Origin: Steroidobacteraceae bacterium
GTDB taxonomy: Bacteria; Pseudomonadota; Gammaproteobacteria; Steroidobacterales; Steroidobacteraceae
Direction: 5' to 3'
Length of the DNA: 24,000 bases
NCBI GenBank assembly: GCA_036273735.1
Contig: DASUHA010000033.1
Span: forward strand, 23,978 to 47,977
A program made the position numbers and the translations under genes. Below, piece after piece: positions 8,568 through 15,788 of this stretch. Under the pieces are notes generated by a model that saw nothing but the letters and a program-made list of their open reading frames with translations, had not been told where the DNA came from and searched no databases. Each line of letters starts with the position of its first letter. Positions within the stretch are counted from its first letter, which is position 1.

Positions 8568-9595
8568 GACGGCATGTTCCGCACAACGAGAACCGTTGCG
8601 TCGTCATCGTCACGCGCGAGGGCAGCGAGCAGGCGCTGGGCGGCGACGGATGCGGTCTCGTGCGCGATCCAGGGAAAATCACTGAAGTCCCAGCGTGACC
8701 GGAGCCCGTCGGAGTGCATGACCAGGACGGTCCTGGGGCTGAAAGGATGTTCAGCGGTCGCAGGCGCCGGCGCTCTGAGCCCGACGACTCCGCGTCGGGG
8801 AACGAGAGCGAGCCGTTCCGGGCCTCCCCACACGCGCAGCTCGATATCGCCAACACTCGCCACGGTGAAAGTCTGGCGGCTGGCATCCAAGAGCACCAGC
8901 ATCATCACGACTCCGCGCGTCGCCTGGCAGGCTCGTCCCGCTCCGCGGAATAGCGCCTCGAGCGGTTGGTCATGATGCTGCTCGACATACTGGCGAGCAG
9001 CCTGCGCTGCACGCTGGGCGAACTGGCCGTGCCCCAGGCCGTCGATAACCCCTGCGAGCGCCTTGTCTCCCCATTTACAGATGACGAACGCGTCGCCATT
9101 TTCGTGCAGTTGACGGTAGGCGCGGCTCGCGACCCCAAAGTCCAGCTTTGGCGCGGCGCTCGAGGCTGCCCGCTGGCGCACCCAGCGCCGGCACACGATG
9201 TGCGCGCCCGCGCTGCCGCCCGGGGAGTATTCCAACTCGTCCATCAGCCGGTTGACGGCACCGAGTCCTGTGCCGAGGCTACGTAAGGTACTGAATCCGT
9301 CGGTCAGAGCGCGTTCGAAGTCTTCGAAGCCCGGTCCCGAGTCGGCCGACTCGATCTGGATGCCCTGGCGCGCCTCGCGCGAAGTAGGCTCGAGCGACAG
9401 GGTGCCGCCGCCGGCGTGTCGGATCAGGTTGGAGGCGAGCTCCGTCACGGCCAGCGCGACTTCTTCGCAATCGCCGGCCGAGAAACCTACGGATGCGCTC
9501 AGGCGCCGCGCCGCATCCTCCGCGATCCTGATATCGACAGGATCAGCAATGCGCATCGTGACCGGGCGCAGCGAGCTTGCACCCGGCTGACTCAC
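8564..9595 (-). CDS. Anti-sigma-factor-like HATPase domain fused to a SpoIIE/PP2C-type phosphatase domain (stressosome-associated)
   Basis: N-terminal half: CEEVALAVTELASNLIRHAGGG...ADSGPGFEDF...SLGTGLGAVNRLMDELE. C-terminal half: LDFGVASRAYRQLHENGDAFVICKWGDKALAGVIDGLGHGQFAQRAAQAA...VASVGDIELRVWG...VLVMHSDGLRSRWD. GTG start at 9595 overlaps the rsbT TGA. The ORF track extends the frame to 9817 over rsbT. Confidence 0.85.
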   Translation of the reverse strand: MSQPGASSLRPVTMRIADPVDIRIAEDAARRLSASVGFSAGDCEEVALAVTELASNLIRHAGGGTLSLEPTSREARQGIQIESADSGPGFEDFERALTDGFSTLRSLGTGLGAVNRLMDELEYSPGGSAGAHIVCRRWVRQRAASSAAPKLDFGVASRAYRQLHENGDAFVICKWGDKALAGVIDGLGHGQFAQRAAQAARQYVEQHHDQPLEALFRGAGRACQATRGVVMMLVLLDASRQTFTVASVGDIELRVWGGPERLALVPRRGVVGLRAPAPATAEHPFSPRTVLVMHSDGLRSRWDFSDFPWIAHETASVAAQRLLAALARDDDDATVLVVRNMPS

Positions 9596-10002
9596 GGTGG
9601 ACACCATTTGCGCGAAGTGACCGTCGTGCCCGCGCCCGGCGCCGTACGGATCTCCAACTCGTCCATCAGCCGGCGGGCAGCGGGCAGTCCCAGGCCGAGT
9701 CCCTTGCCGCTGGAGTAGCCTTGCTGCAGCGCGAGCTCCACGTCCGCGATGCCCGGGCCCTGGTCGATGAACTCGAGCTCGATGCCGCGCCGTCCGCCGC
9801 TCTCCAGGCGACGCCACCGCATTACACCGCCGCCCCCATACTTGTGCACGTTGCGCGCGAGTTCTGACGCCGCAGTGACGACGCGCGTCACATCGGTGAG
9901 GCCAAAGCCGAGCTCCATGACAGCTTCGCGTACCGAGCGCCTTGCTGCAACGATATCCCCCTCGCTGCGGATCGAGACCTCCCCCTGAGCAGTCCCGGTC
10001 AT
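9592..10002 (-). CDS. rsbT: Serine/threonine-protein kinase RsbT-like (stressosome switch kinase)
   Basis: MTGTAQGEVSIRSEGDIVAARRSVREAVMELGFGLTDVTRVVTAASELARNVHKYGGGG...GIELEFIDQGPGIADVELALQQGYSSGKGLGLGLPAARRLMDELEI. Confidence 0.93.
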   Translation of the reverse strand: MTGTAQGEVSIRSEGDIVAARRSVREAVMELGFGLTDVTRVVTAASELARNVHKYGGGGVMRWRRLESGGRRGIELEFIDQGPGIADVELALQQGYSSGKGLGLGLPAARRLMDELEIRTAPGAGTTVTSRKWCPP

Positions 10003-10379
10003 CGCCGTGAGCGGCCGGTAACCGGCCGATCCAGCAGATCCAACGCGCGCTCGACGGAGAGAGCCGTCTCGATGCCGCCGAGAGTGATCCCGATCTGGGT
10101 CGCGGTGACCGCGACGGACGGCCGCATCCCTACCACTACCGTCCGTCCGCCCATCAGTGCAACCATGCTTGCGGTCTCCGCGACGGTGCGGGCGAAAAAT
10201 GAATCCAGAGTCTCCACCGAGCCGATATCCAGCACCACGCCCTTGGCATCGACCCGCTGCATTGCCGCGAGCACCTCATCCTGGAGCGCGGAAACCGTGG
10301 CATCGTCGGGGTCCGAGGGCACCGTTACCATCAAAGTCTTGCGTACGATGATGATGGAGATCGAGTTGCGGTCGCTCAT
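9999..10379 (-). CDS. rsbS: STAS-domain stressosome scaffold protein RsbS
   Basis: MSDRNSISIIIVRKTLMVTVPSDPDDATVSALQDEVLAAMQRVDAKGVVLDIGSVETLDSFFARTVAETASMVALMGGRTVVVGMRPSVAVT. Retains Ser in DIGSVETLDSF. Start placed at the ATG preceded by GAGG (10379), not at 10463. Confidence 0.9.
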   Translation of the reverse strand: MSDRNSISIIIVRKTLMVTVPSDPDDATVSALQDEVLAAMQRVDAKGVVLDIGSVETLDSFFARTVAETASMVALMGGRTVVVGMRPSVAVTATQIGITLGGIETALSVERALDLLDRPVTGRSRR

Positions 10380-10413
10380 CGGCCGTACCTCGCAGAGGCT
10401 CTTTGGGGAAAGC

Positions 10414-11295
10414 TCAACCGCCCGCCGTCGCTCGAGGAGCGACACACAGCTCGAGCAGCTCAAATGCCGTGCGCAGCCCCGCGCTCAGCGAAGAGCGCGT
10501 CGAGACATTGGAGAGATCGATCCCCAGGTGCACGAGTGTCTGTGCGATCGATGGCCGTACGCCTGTGAGCACCACCTCCGAACCGAGCAGCCGTACTGCA
10601 GCGATGGTCTCGATGAGGTGTTGAGCGGTCTGAGTATCGATGGCCGGTACGCCGGTGATGTCGAGCAGCGCCACGGGCGAGGCCGTCTCCATCACCTTGT
10701 TGAGCAGCACGTCCATCAGCTGTTGAGTGCGCTGGCTGTTGAGCGTGCCGATGAGCGGTACGAGCAGGATTCCGGACCATACCTGCACCACCGGGACCGC
10801 GGCCATCTCGAGAATCTCCTGCGCCTGCCTGCGGATCTTCTCCTCGGACTCCCGGCGAGCCGTCAAGTCGCGGGTTACCTTACCGAAGCCCCGCAGCCTG
10901 CCTTCCGAGTCGCGCAGGGCCGTGATGATGACGTTGGCCCAGAACCGAGAGCCGTCCTTGCGGACCCGCCAACCCTCGTCCTCGAAGCGCCCCTCCTGCG
11001 AGGCCACTTTGAGCTCCATCTCGGTCTTGCCGTTCTGCAGGTCTTCCGGCGGATAGAAGCGCGAGAAGTGTTGGCCGACGATCTCATCGGCCTTCCAGCC
11101 CTTCAGGCGCTCGGCGGCCGCATTCCAGGAGAGTACGTGGCCACGCGGGTCCAGGGTGATGATCGCGTAGTCCTTGATGTTCTCGATGAGCAGGCGCACG
11201 AGCTCCTGCGTCTCCGGCGAGGTCTGGCTGGCCGCGGCCCCAGGGAGGCCGCCGGACCGAGGCTCGAACTGCGTTCCCATCAGAGTCACTCCCAT
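10414..11295 (-). CDS. rsbR: RsbR-like stressosome protein with N-terminal PAS domain and C-terminal STAS domain
   Basis: PAS/PAC: IENIKDYAIITLDPRGHVLSWNAAAERLKGWKADEIVGQHFSRFYPPEDL...RKDGSRFWANVIITALRDSEGRLRGFGKVTRDLT. STAS: ILLVPLIGTLNSQRTQQLMDVLLNKV...VALLDITGVPAIDTQTAQHLIETIAAVRLLGSEVVLTGVRPSIAQTLVHLGIDLSNVSTRSSL. Confidence 0.92.
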   Translation of the reverse strand: MGVTLMGTQFEPRSGGLPGAAASQTSPETQELVRLLIENIKDYAIITLDPRGHVLSWNAAAERLKGWKADEIVGQHFSRFYPPEDLQNGKTEMELKVASQEGRFEDEGWRVRKDGSRFWANVIITALRDSEGRLRGFGKVTRDLTARRESEEKIRRQAQEILEMAAVPVVQVWSGILLVPLIGTLNSQRTQQLMDVLLNKVMETASPVALLDITGVPAIDTQTAQHLIETIAAVRLLGSEVVLTGVRPSIAQTLVHLGIDLSNVSTRSSLSAGLRTAFELLELCVAPRATAGG

Positions 11296-11431
11296 ACGGC
11301 TCGGATGGAACCGAAACTTACCGCATTATTGCCGGCGATGTTGGACTTGGTTCAAACCTCGCCCGGCGCCAGCAAGAAATCCGCTCTCGCCGGGGGCGGT
11401 GGGTGCCGGGCTGAGGCGGGCACCGGCGGGG

Positions 11432-11938
11432 CTAGACCTCGCGTAGGGCGCGGGGCGGCAAGAGGGCTGTCAGGGTGCCCTGGCCGGCGCGCGGCGGCCC
11501 GTCGAAGCTCAGGCAGAGGACGGCGCCTTTCTTCAGCTCGAAACCCTCCGGCCGCGGATCGCCGCGCAGGCATAGCGCCAGCAGCTTGCCCAGCCCGGGC
11601 TGATGGCCGACTACCGCCACGCATTCGGCGCCGGCACCCTCGCGCCTCAGAGCCGCCAGCATTTCCTGCGGAGATTTCCCCGGCGCGAATGCATCACACT
11701 GCACCGCCTCCGGCCATCGTGCTGCTCGCGTGAGGATCACTGCTGTGTCCCGTGCGCGCACTAACGGGCTCGTCAGTACCAGAGCCGGGCGCCGAGCGAT
11801 GCGCTTCAGGCCCGCAGCGGCCCGCCGCGCCTTTTTGATTCCCTCCGCGGTCAATGGGCGTTCGTTGTCATCGGGCCAGCGCTTCGCGTCGCGCTCGAAG
11901 GCGATGGCGTGGCGCACGACGAGAAGCTGCATGATCAA
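11432..11938 (-). CDS. sixA: Phosphohistidine phosphatase SixA-type (histidine phosphatase superfamily)
   Basis: LLVVRHAIAFERDAKRWPDDNERPLTAEGIKKARRAAAGL...LTSPLVRARDTA...VAVVGHQPGLGKLLALCL; RHG and GHQP motifs. TTG start at 11938, or ATG at 11932. Confidence 0.9.
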   Translation of the reverse strand: MIMQLLVVRHAIAFERDAKRWPDDNERPLTAEGIKKARRAAAGLKRIARRPALVLTSPLVRARDTAVILTRAARWPEAVQCDAFAPGKSPQEMLAALRREGAGAECVAVVGHQPGLGKLLALCLRGDPRPEGFELKKGAVLCLSFDGPPRAGQGTLTALLPPRALREV

Positions 11939-13797
11939 CTCCCGTCTGCATTTGCCGAGGCGGATCCGCCGCGGGCGCTCGCGAGTGGCCCCTCGCGCCT
12001 GATGTCGTTGGCGTAGCCGCGGCTCTGCGAGGTGCCATCGCGAAGCTCCTTCATCCGCGAGCGCAGAGTCTTCCAGCGCCTGCCGCGCACCCTGCGCCAG
12101 GACTTCCCGACTTTGTCGCCCATCCGGACGGCATTCCGCGAGTGAGGTTCCGCCAGCCTGCCGATGAGAAAGAGCGTCCGGGGCCCGAAGCCCGCCGGGG
12201 GGTGCTTTGCGAGTTGGGTGAGATATCGCGTGACGGCGTCGCCATCGTGTTGGATGCCGAGCCTGCTTTGCAGTTTGCGCAGCGCATCGAGCATTTCATG
12301 TGCGGGTTTCGCGTAGCTCGGAGCGACGACTTCGAGCGCGTAGCGCAGCTTCTTCGTGTGTATCCGGACCTTGTGGTATTCGCCGATCGGTGAGTCAGGC
12401 CTCACCTGGCGCGCGCGTTTGCGCAATTTCCGGTAGCGCCTGCGGATCAGATCGGGCACGACGGCTAACGCTGAGGCAGTGCGTGGTGATGCGACCTGTT
12501 GGGCGGCGGCTCGTGCAAGCTGGCCGGGCAGTGCGTCCAGCCACTGGCGCGCCGGCTTTGCATCCATGACTCGCAGCATGGTGGAGTGAGCTTCGCGCCT
12601 TTCGCGCTCGAGCTGGCGCAGTAATGGGTCGAGCGCGCGGCGGTCTCCCTCGGTGAGGCTGCTGCGGAATGCGCTTGCCACTGCGACGCGAATGTCCACG
12701 TCCCGCACAGCACCTGACGCCTCGAGCAGACTCCTGAGCCTTGGGCGGCTCTTGCGCAGGTCGGGCGGGAGGTAATCGCCAAAGAGACTGAGGACGGTAT
12801 CCATCCGGCGGCCGGTCACGCGTAGCGCATGCAGCGCCTCCGGACTCTCTCCGAGCCTCGCGCTGGGCTCATGGGCGTACCACTCATCGAGAAGGCGCCG
12901 GAGCGCTGCGATGGCAATTTCACCGGCGCCGGTCGAGGCGCCCATCGCGTCTGGCGCGGGTGCTATTTTCTCGTCAGGCTCCCGCCTCTGGGGCGGCTCG
13001 AGCGCCACCGAGCGCAGGCCAACGGCAAATTTGTTTTCCGTTGCGGGACGTAGTCCGCATTCGGTGCGCAGTCGACTCGCGAGCCGCTCCAGCGCGCGGT
13101 GGTCAGGACCGGTCGACTCGAGCTCCACGCGCTTGAGGCGTGTCGAGCCGCGGTGACTATCGCTGCGCGAAAATTGCGTCTCATCGAGGGCGATCTCGCC
13201 CAGTTCCTGCGAGCGATCACTGCTCCGCACTGCGAAGCGCTGGCGCGAGGTATGGACCTCAAAAAGCGTACGCAGCGGCTTTGCCCCCGTGACGTCGCGG
13301 ACGCGACTGCCGACGGGGCCTTCCGCCCGAGCCAAGGCTCTGATGCCGCGCTCGGGCAGTGACTCCGTGAGCTCCCGCCGGTCGGCAAGGTCGTCGCGGG
13401 CGGATCGCAGACCTTTCAAGGTAGTCTCCACCTTGCCCCCCCGCTCTCCGCGCAGGCGTAGTGCGAATCCCGCGCGGAAAACGCGCCAGTCGGGGGTGTC
13501 GAGGTATGTATCGCGAAGGTGCTGCGTCGGCAACTGCTCGATCCTCAACCCGTCCAGGGACGGGTGTCGCTCAAGCCAGCGGCGCACCGGACGTAGGTCC
13601 GTGGTGGCAAGCTGCCATTCGATCTCTCGCTCTTTGCCACGCTCCTCCCCGGCCTCGGCATCGAGGTCCGGCGCCGAGTCCGGCGCAGGGCCCAAGGCGG
13701 GTAGGGTAGGGGCGGGGGTGGGATTGGGCTTGGGCGGTGCCATGGAATGCTCGAGAATAAACCCAAATTGACGCTTGCTCGCCCGGTTCCGTATCAT
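11935..13797 (-). CDS. CYTH and CHAD domain-containing protein
   Basis: CYTH: REIEWQLATTDLRPVRRWLERHP...DTYLDTPDWRVFRAGFALRLR...TTLKG. CHAD: ALHALRVTGRRMDTVLSLFG...LLEASGAVRDVDIRVA...YHKVRIHTKKLRYALEVV. The true start may be the internal ATG at 13743 (MAPPKPNPT). Confidence 0.88.
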   Translation of the reverse strand: MIRNRASKRQFGFILEHSMAPPKPNPTPAPTLPALGPAPDSAPDLDAEAGEERGKEREIEWQLATTDLRPVRRWLERHPSLDGLRIEQLPTQHLRDTYLDTPDWRVFRAGFALRLRGERGGKVETTLKGLRSARDDLADRRELTESLPERGIRALARAEGPVGSRVRDVTGAKPLRTLFEVHTSRQRFAVRSSDRSQELGEIALDETQFSRSDSHRGSTRLKRVELESTGPDHRALERLASRLRTECGLRPATENKFAVGLRSVALEPPQRREPDEKIAPAPDAMGASTGAGEIAIAALRRLLDEWYAHEPSARLGESPEALHALRVTGRRMDTVLSLFGDYLPPDLRKSRPRLRSLLEASGAVRDVDIRVAVASAFRSSLTEGDRRALDPLLRQLERERREAHSTMLRVMDAKPARQWLDALPGQLARAAAQQVASPRTASALAVVPDLIRRRYRKLRKRARQVRPDSPIGEYHKVRIHTKKLRYALEVVAPSYAKPAHEMLDALRKLQSRLGIQHDGDAVTRYLTQLAKHPPAGFGPRTLFLIGRLAEPHSRNAVRMGDKVGKSWRRVRGRRWKTLRSRMKELRDGTSQSRGYANDIRREGPLASARGGSASANADGS

Positions 13798-13917
13798 GCG
13801 CGCCCCCGTGCGGCGGGTCTGGCAGGGCTCGGTTGCCGGTAACGTGGCACGCGTCCGACCGGCGCGGCATGATGCAGGCAGCGAGAGGACACCGAGCGAG
13901 TGGGCGATGCAGTCCGC

Positions 13918-13994
13918 GTGCCCGTAGCTCAGTTGGATAGAGCACCGGCCTTCTAAGCCGGTGGTCGCAGGTTCGAGTCCTGCCGGGCACGCCA
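13918..13994 (+). tRNA. tRNA-Arg (anticodon TCT), CCA encoded
   Basis: GTGCCCG...CGGGCAC acceptor stem, CCGGCCTTCTAAGCCGG anticodon arm, GCAGGTTCGAGTCCTGC T-arm. Confidence 0.96.
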
Positions 13995-14110
13995 GCCGCC
14001 GAACGGAAACGGCAGGCCGATGTGCCCGGCTCGCCGAGAGCCTGCCGGCCGGTTCGGGGGCTTGCCTGGGCCCGCAAGGGCACGGGGAAGGGGAATGGAT
14101 GGCGACAACG

Positions 14111-14186
14111 GTGGACGTAGCTCAGCTGGTAGAGTCCCGGGTTGTGATCCCGGTTGTCGCGGGTTCGAGTCCCGTCGTCCACCCCA
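14111..14186 (+). tRNA. tRNA-His (anticodon GTG), CCA encoded
   Basis: GTGGACG...CGTCCAC, CCGGGTTGTGATCCCGG anticodon arm, GCGGGTTCGAGTCCCGT T-arm. Extra 5' G opposite C73 is characteristic of tRNA-His. Confidence 0.96.
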
Positions 14187-14199
14187 CCATTTTATAAAT

Positions 14200-14275
14200 G
14201 GGCCGTTAGCTCAGCTGGTAGAGCAGGAGACTCTTAATCTCTTGGTCGTAGGTTCGATCCCTACACGGCCCACCA
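14200..14275 (+). tRNA. tRNA-Lys (anticodon CTT), CCA encoded
   Basis: GGGCCGT...ACGGCCC acceptor stem, GAGACTCTTAATCTC anticodon arm, GTAGGTTCGATCCCTAC T-arm. Confidence 0.95.
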
Positions 14276-14310
14276 GATTGATCGAAATATCAGCAGCTTG
14301 CCAGCGCGTA

Positions 14311-14567
14311 ATGGCTGTCCAGACCAAGGAATACCGGCGCAGCGGCGCTACCGTCAACCGCTACATCGCCGCCCGATCGCACCTGTTCTCGTTCGCGGTC
14401 AAGGAGCGCCGGTGATCGACCGCAACCCGGTTGGCGACATTCGCCGCAAGAAGGAATCAAGGGACCGGACGCGATTTCTTTCGGACGAGGAGCACGATGA
14501 GCTACTAGTTGCCTGCGCCAGGTCCGACTGGCCGCCGCATCACCCCCTGGTTCTGCTCGTGCCGCTC
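14311..14567 (+). pseudogene. Remnant of a tyrosine recombinase / phage-type integrase (truncated and frameshifted)
   Basis: MAVQTKEYRRSGATVNRYIAARSHLFSFAVKER (14311-14415), then in another frame VIDRNPVGDIRRKKESRDRTRFLSDEEHDELLVACARSDWPPHHPLVLLVPL (14412-14567). Resembles the N-terminal and early catalytic region of integrases; the catalytic R/HxxR/Y part is missing. Directly downstream of tRNA-Lys. Confidence 0.75.
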
Positions 14568-14818
14568 CGGACCTTTGCCGATTGGAATGAGCCGCTTCCC
14601 GGCAGCATGGAGATGGATCTGGTGGCTCATTGTGGCGAGGTGACCGTGGCAGCTACGTTCACAGCTTGGTACTGACCGATATCGCCAGCGGGTGGACGGA
14701 AGCGGCGCCTCTTGTGGTCAGGGAAAGCGGTCTGGTGGTAGAGACACTCGAGCGCATCCGCACCGGCTTGCCCTTTGCCCTCCGAGCACTTGATGTGGAC
14801 AACGGCAGCGAATTTTAG
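14568..14818 (+). pseudogene. Fragment of an rve/DDE-type transposase
   Basis: RTFADWNEPLPGSMEMDLVAHCGEV then, after a frame change near 14640-14650, GSYVHSLVLTDIASGWTEAAPLVVRESGLVVETLERIRTGLPFALRALDVDNGSEF*. Matches the shape of the catalytic-core start (D..TDI..GWTE...D.DNGSEF) but is truncated on both sides. Confidence 0.72.
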
Positions 14819-15008
14819 GGGGCCGCTCCCAGCCCCACTTCGACTGACGGCTCTTGGCCGTACCTGGCAATCAGGGCTGTCAATGGGCCCATGCCGACCC
14901 TGTGCCGTCGGCTGCTAATGACCGCTATTGGCGGTATGCAAAGCCTTTGAGTTCGGCCTCTACAAGAATTAGCATCACGCCAATAACAATCTTCAAAGGA
15001 CCTGCTTT

Positions 15009-15503
15009 GTGCGCTTAGTCATTCCCATTGCATCCTTTCTACTGCTGTCTGCTTGCGGCGCGCCGGTATATTTGCGGCCAAATGGCCCGAATCAAATCGC
15101 TTCCGCATCGGTGCAAGGCTCCAAAGCGCAGATTCTCGCAGCCGCTGTCAAAGCCCTCGTTCAGAACGGATACCAGATCACAACAGTCGATAATGCTTCG
15201 GGCCTCATATCGACAGCACCGCAACCGATACACGTTACGCATGAGCAAGCGGATTGCGGAAGGGTGAAGGGGCTGCTTGCGTCAGCTGACCCACTGACAT
15301 ACCCGCAGCCAAGGACTCGTGTTGCCTTGAACATGATTGTTGTGGACAACCACATCGAAGTGCGATCCAAGATAGATGAGCGTCTCGCTGATGAGTATGC
15401 GCATACACAGAGAGACCTAACGTGCGTCTCCCGGGGAGTTCTTGAGCAAGAAATGCTGAACGAAATCAAAGCCAGACTTTACAGATCGCCCGCACTGTAT
15501 TGA
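15009..15503 (+). CDS. Small putative lipoprotein, unknown function
   Basis: 164 aa; MRLVIPIASFLLLSACGAPVYLRP signal peptide with LLSAC lipobox; GTG start. Confidence 0.65.
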   Translation: MRLVIPIASFLLLSACGAPVYLRPNGPNQIASASVQGSKAQILAAAVKALVQNGYQITTVDNASGLISTAPQPIHVTHEQADCGRVKGLLASADPLTYPQPRTRVALNMIVVDNHIEVRSKIDERLADEYAHTQRDLTCVSRGVLEQEMLNEIKARLYRSPALY

Positions 15504-15788
15504 CGCCCGCTGAAAGCGAACTCCAAGTGTCTGCCGCCGTGGACACTGAGGATCAATATGCTTCTGCGCACCACCGGCAGCTCCTATCGTCCCAAGCAGT
15601 ATCATGCCCGCAACTTCATCGCGCGTCGGGCTATCCGCTGCACCGTAAAACAGCGCAAATAGCCCACGACCGGTTTCGGGAAGTCCAGCACCTTGCCGGT
15701 GTGGCCGATCGGATAGAACGGCGAGGAATCACAGTCAATCAGTCAGACAAGAGAAGAACTAATCAGTTTATCCGACCACGTTGACGTC

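Noticed and set aside
9596-9817. N-terminal 74 aa of the 417-aa ORF 8564-9817
   Set aside because: Lies inside rsbT in another frame and is Arg/Gly-rich. A GTG start at 9595 overlapping the rsbT stop is much more plausible.
10072-11733. 553-aa plus ORF antisense to rsbS, rsbR and the sixA 3' end
   Set aside because: Spans several well-supported minus-strand genes; composition is typical of a GC shadow ORF.
12051-13771. ORFs antisense to CYTH-CHAD (12142-12393, 12829-13362, 13289-13771)
   Set aside because: Shadow ORFs over a gene with recognised CYTH and CHAD domains.
13571-14182. 203-aa minus ORF (MDDGTRTRDNRDHNPGLYQLSYVH...GVPGRTRTCDHRLRRPVLYPTELRA)
   Set aside because: Antisense of tRNA-His and tRNA-Arg plus the overlapping CYTH-CHAD 5' end; both peptides are standard tRNA artefacts.
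13411-14310. Checked the tRNA region and other intergenic spaces for CRISPR-like or regularly spaced repeats
   Set aside because: Similarity between the tRNA genes is only the expected TAGCTCAG and GGTTCGA conservation; no direct-repeat/spacer array is present.
13961-14415. Plus-strand ORFs through the tRNA cluster (VAQLVESRVVIPVVAGSSPVVHP; GPLAQLVEQETLNLLVVGSIPTRPTR)
   Set aside because: Sense translations of tRNA-His and tRNA-Lys. Only the part after 14311 of ORF 14020-14415 has integrase-like content.
15500-15784. Short ORFs 15500-15784 + and 15417-15605 -
   Set aside because: No motifs, lie across a gap between a lipoprotein and the frameshifted gene, and look like degraded intergenic sequence.
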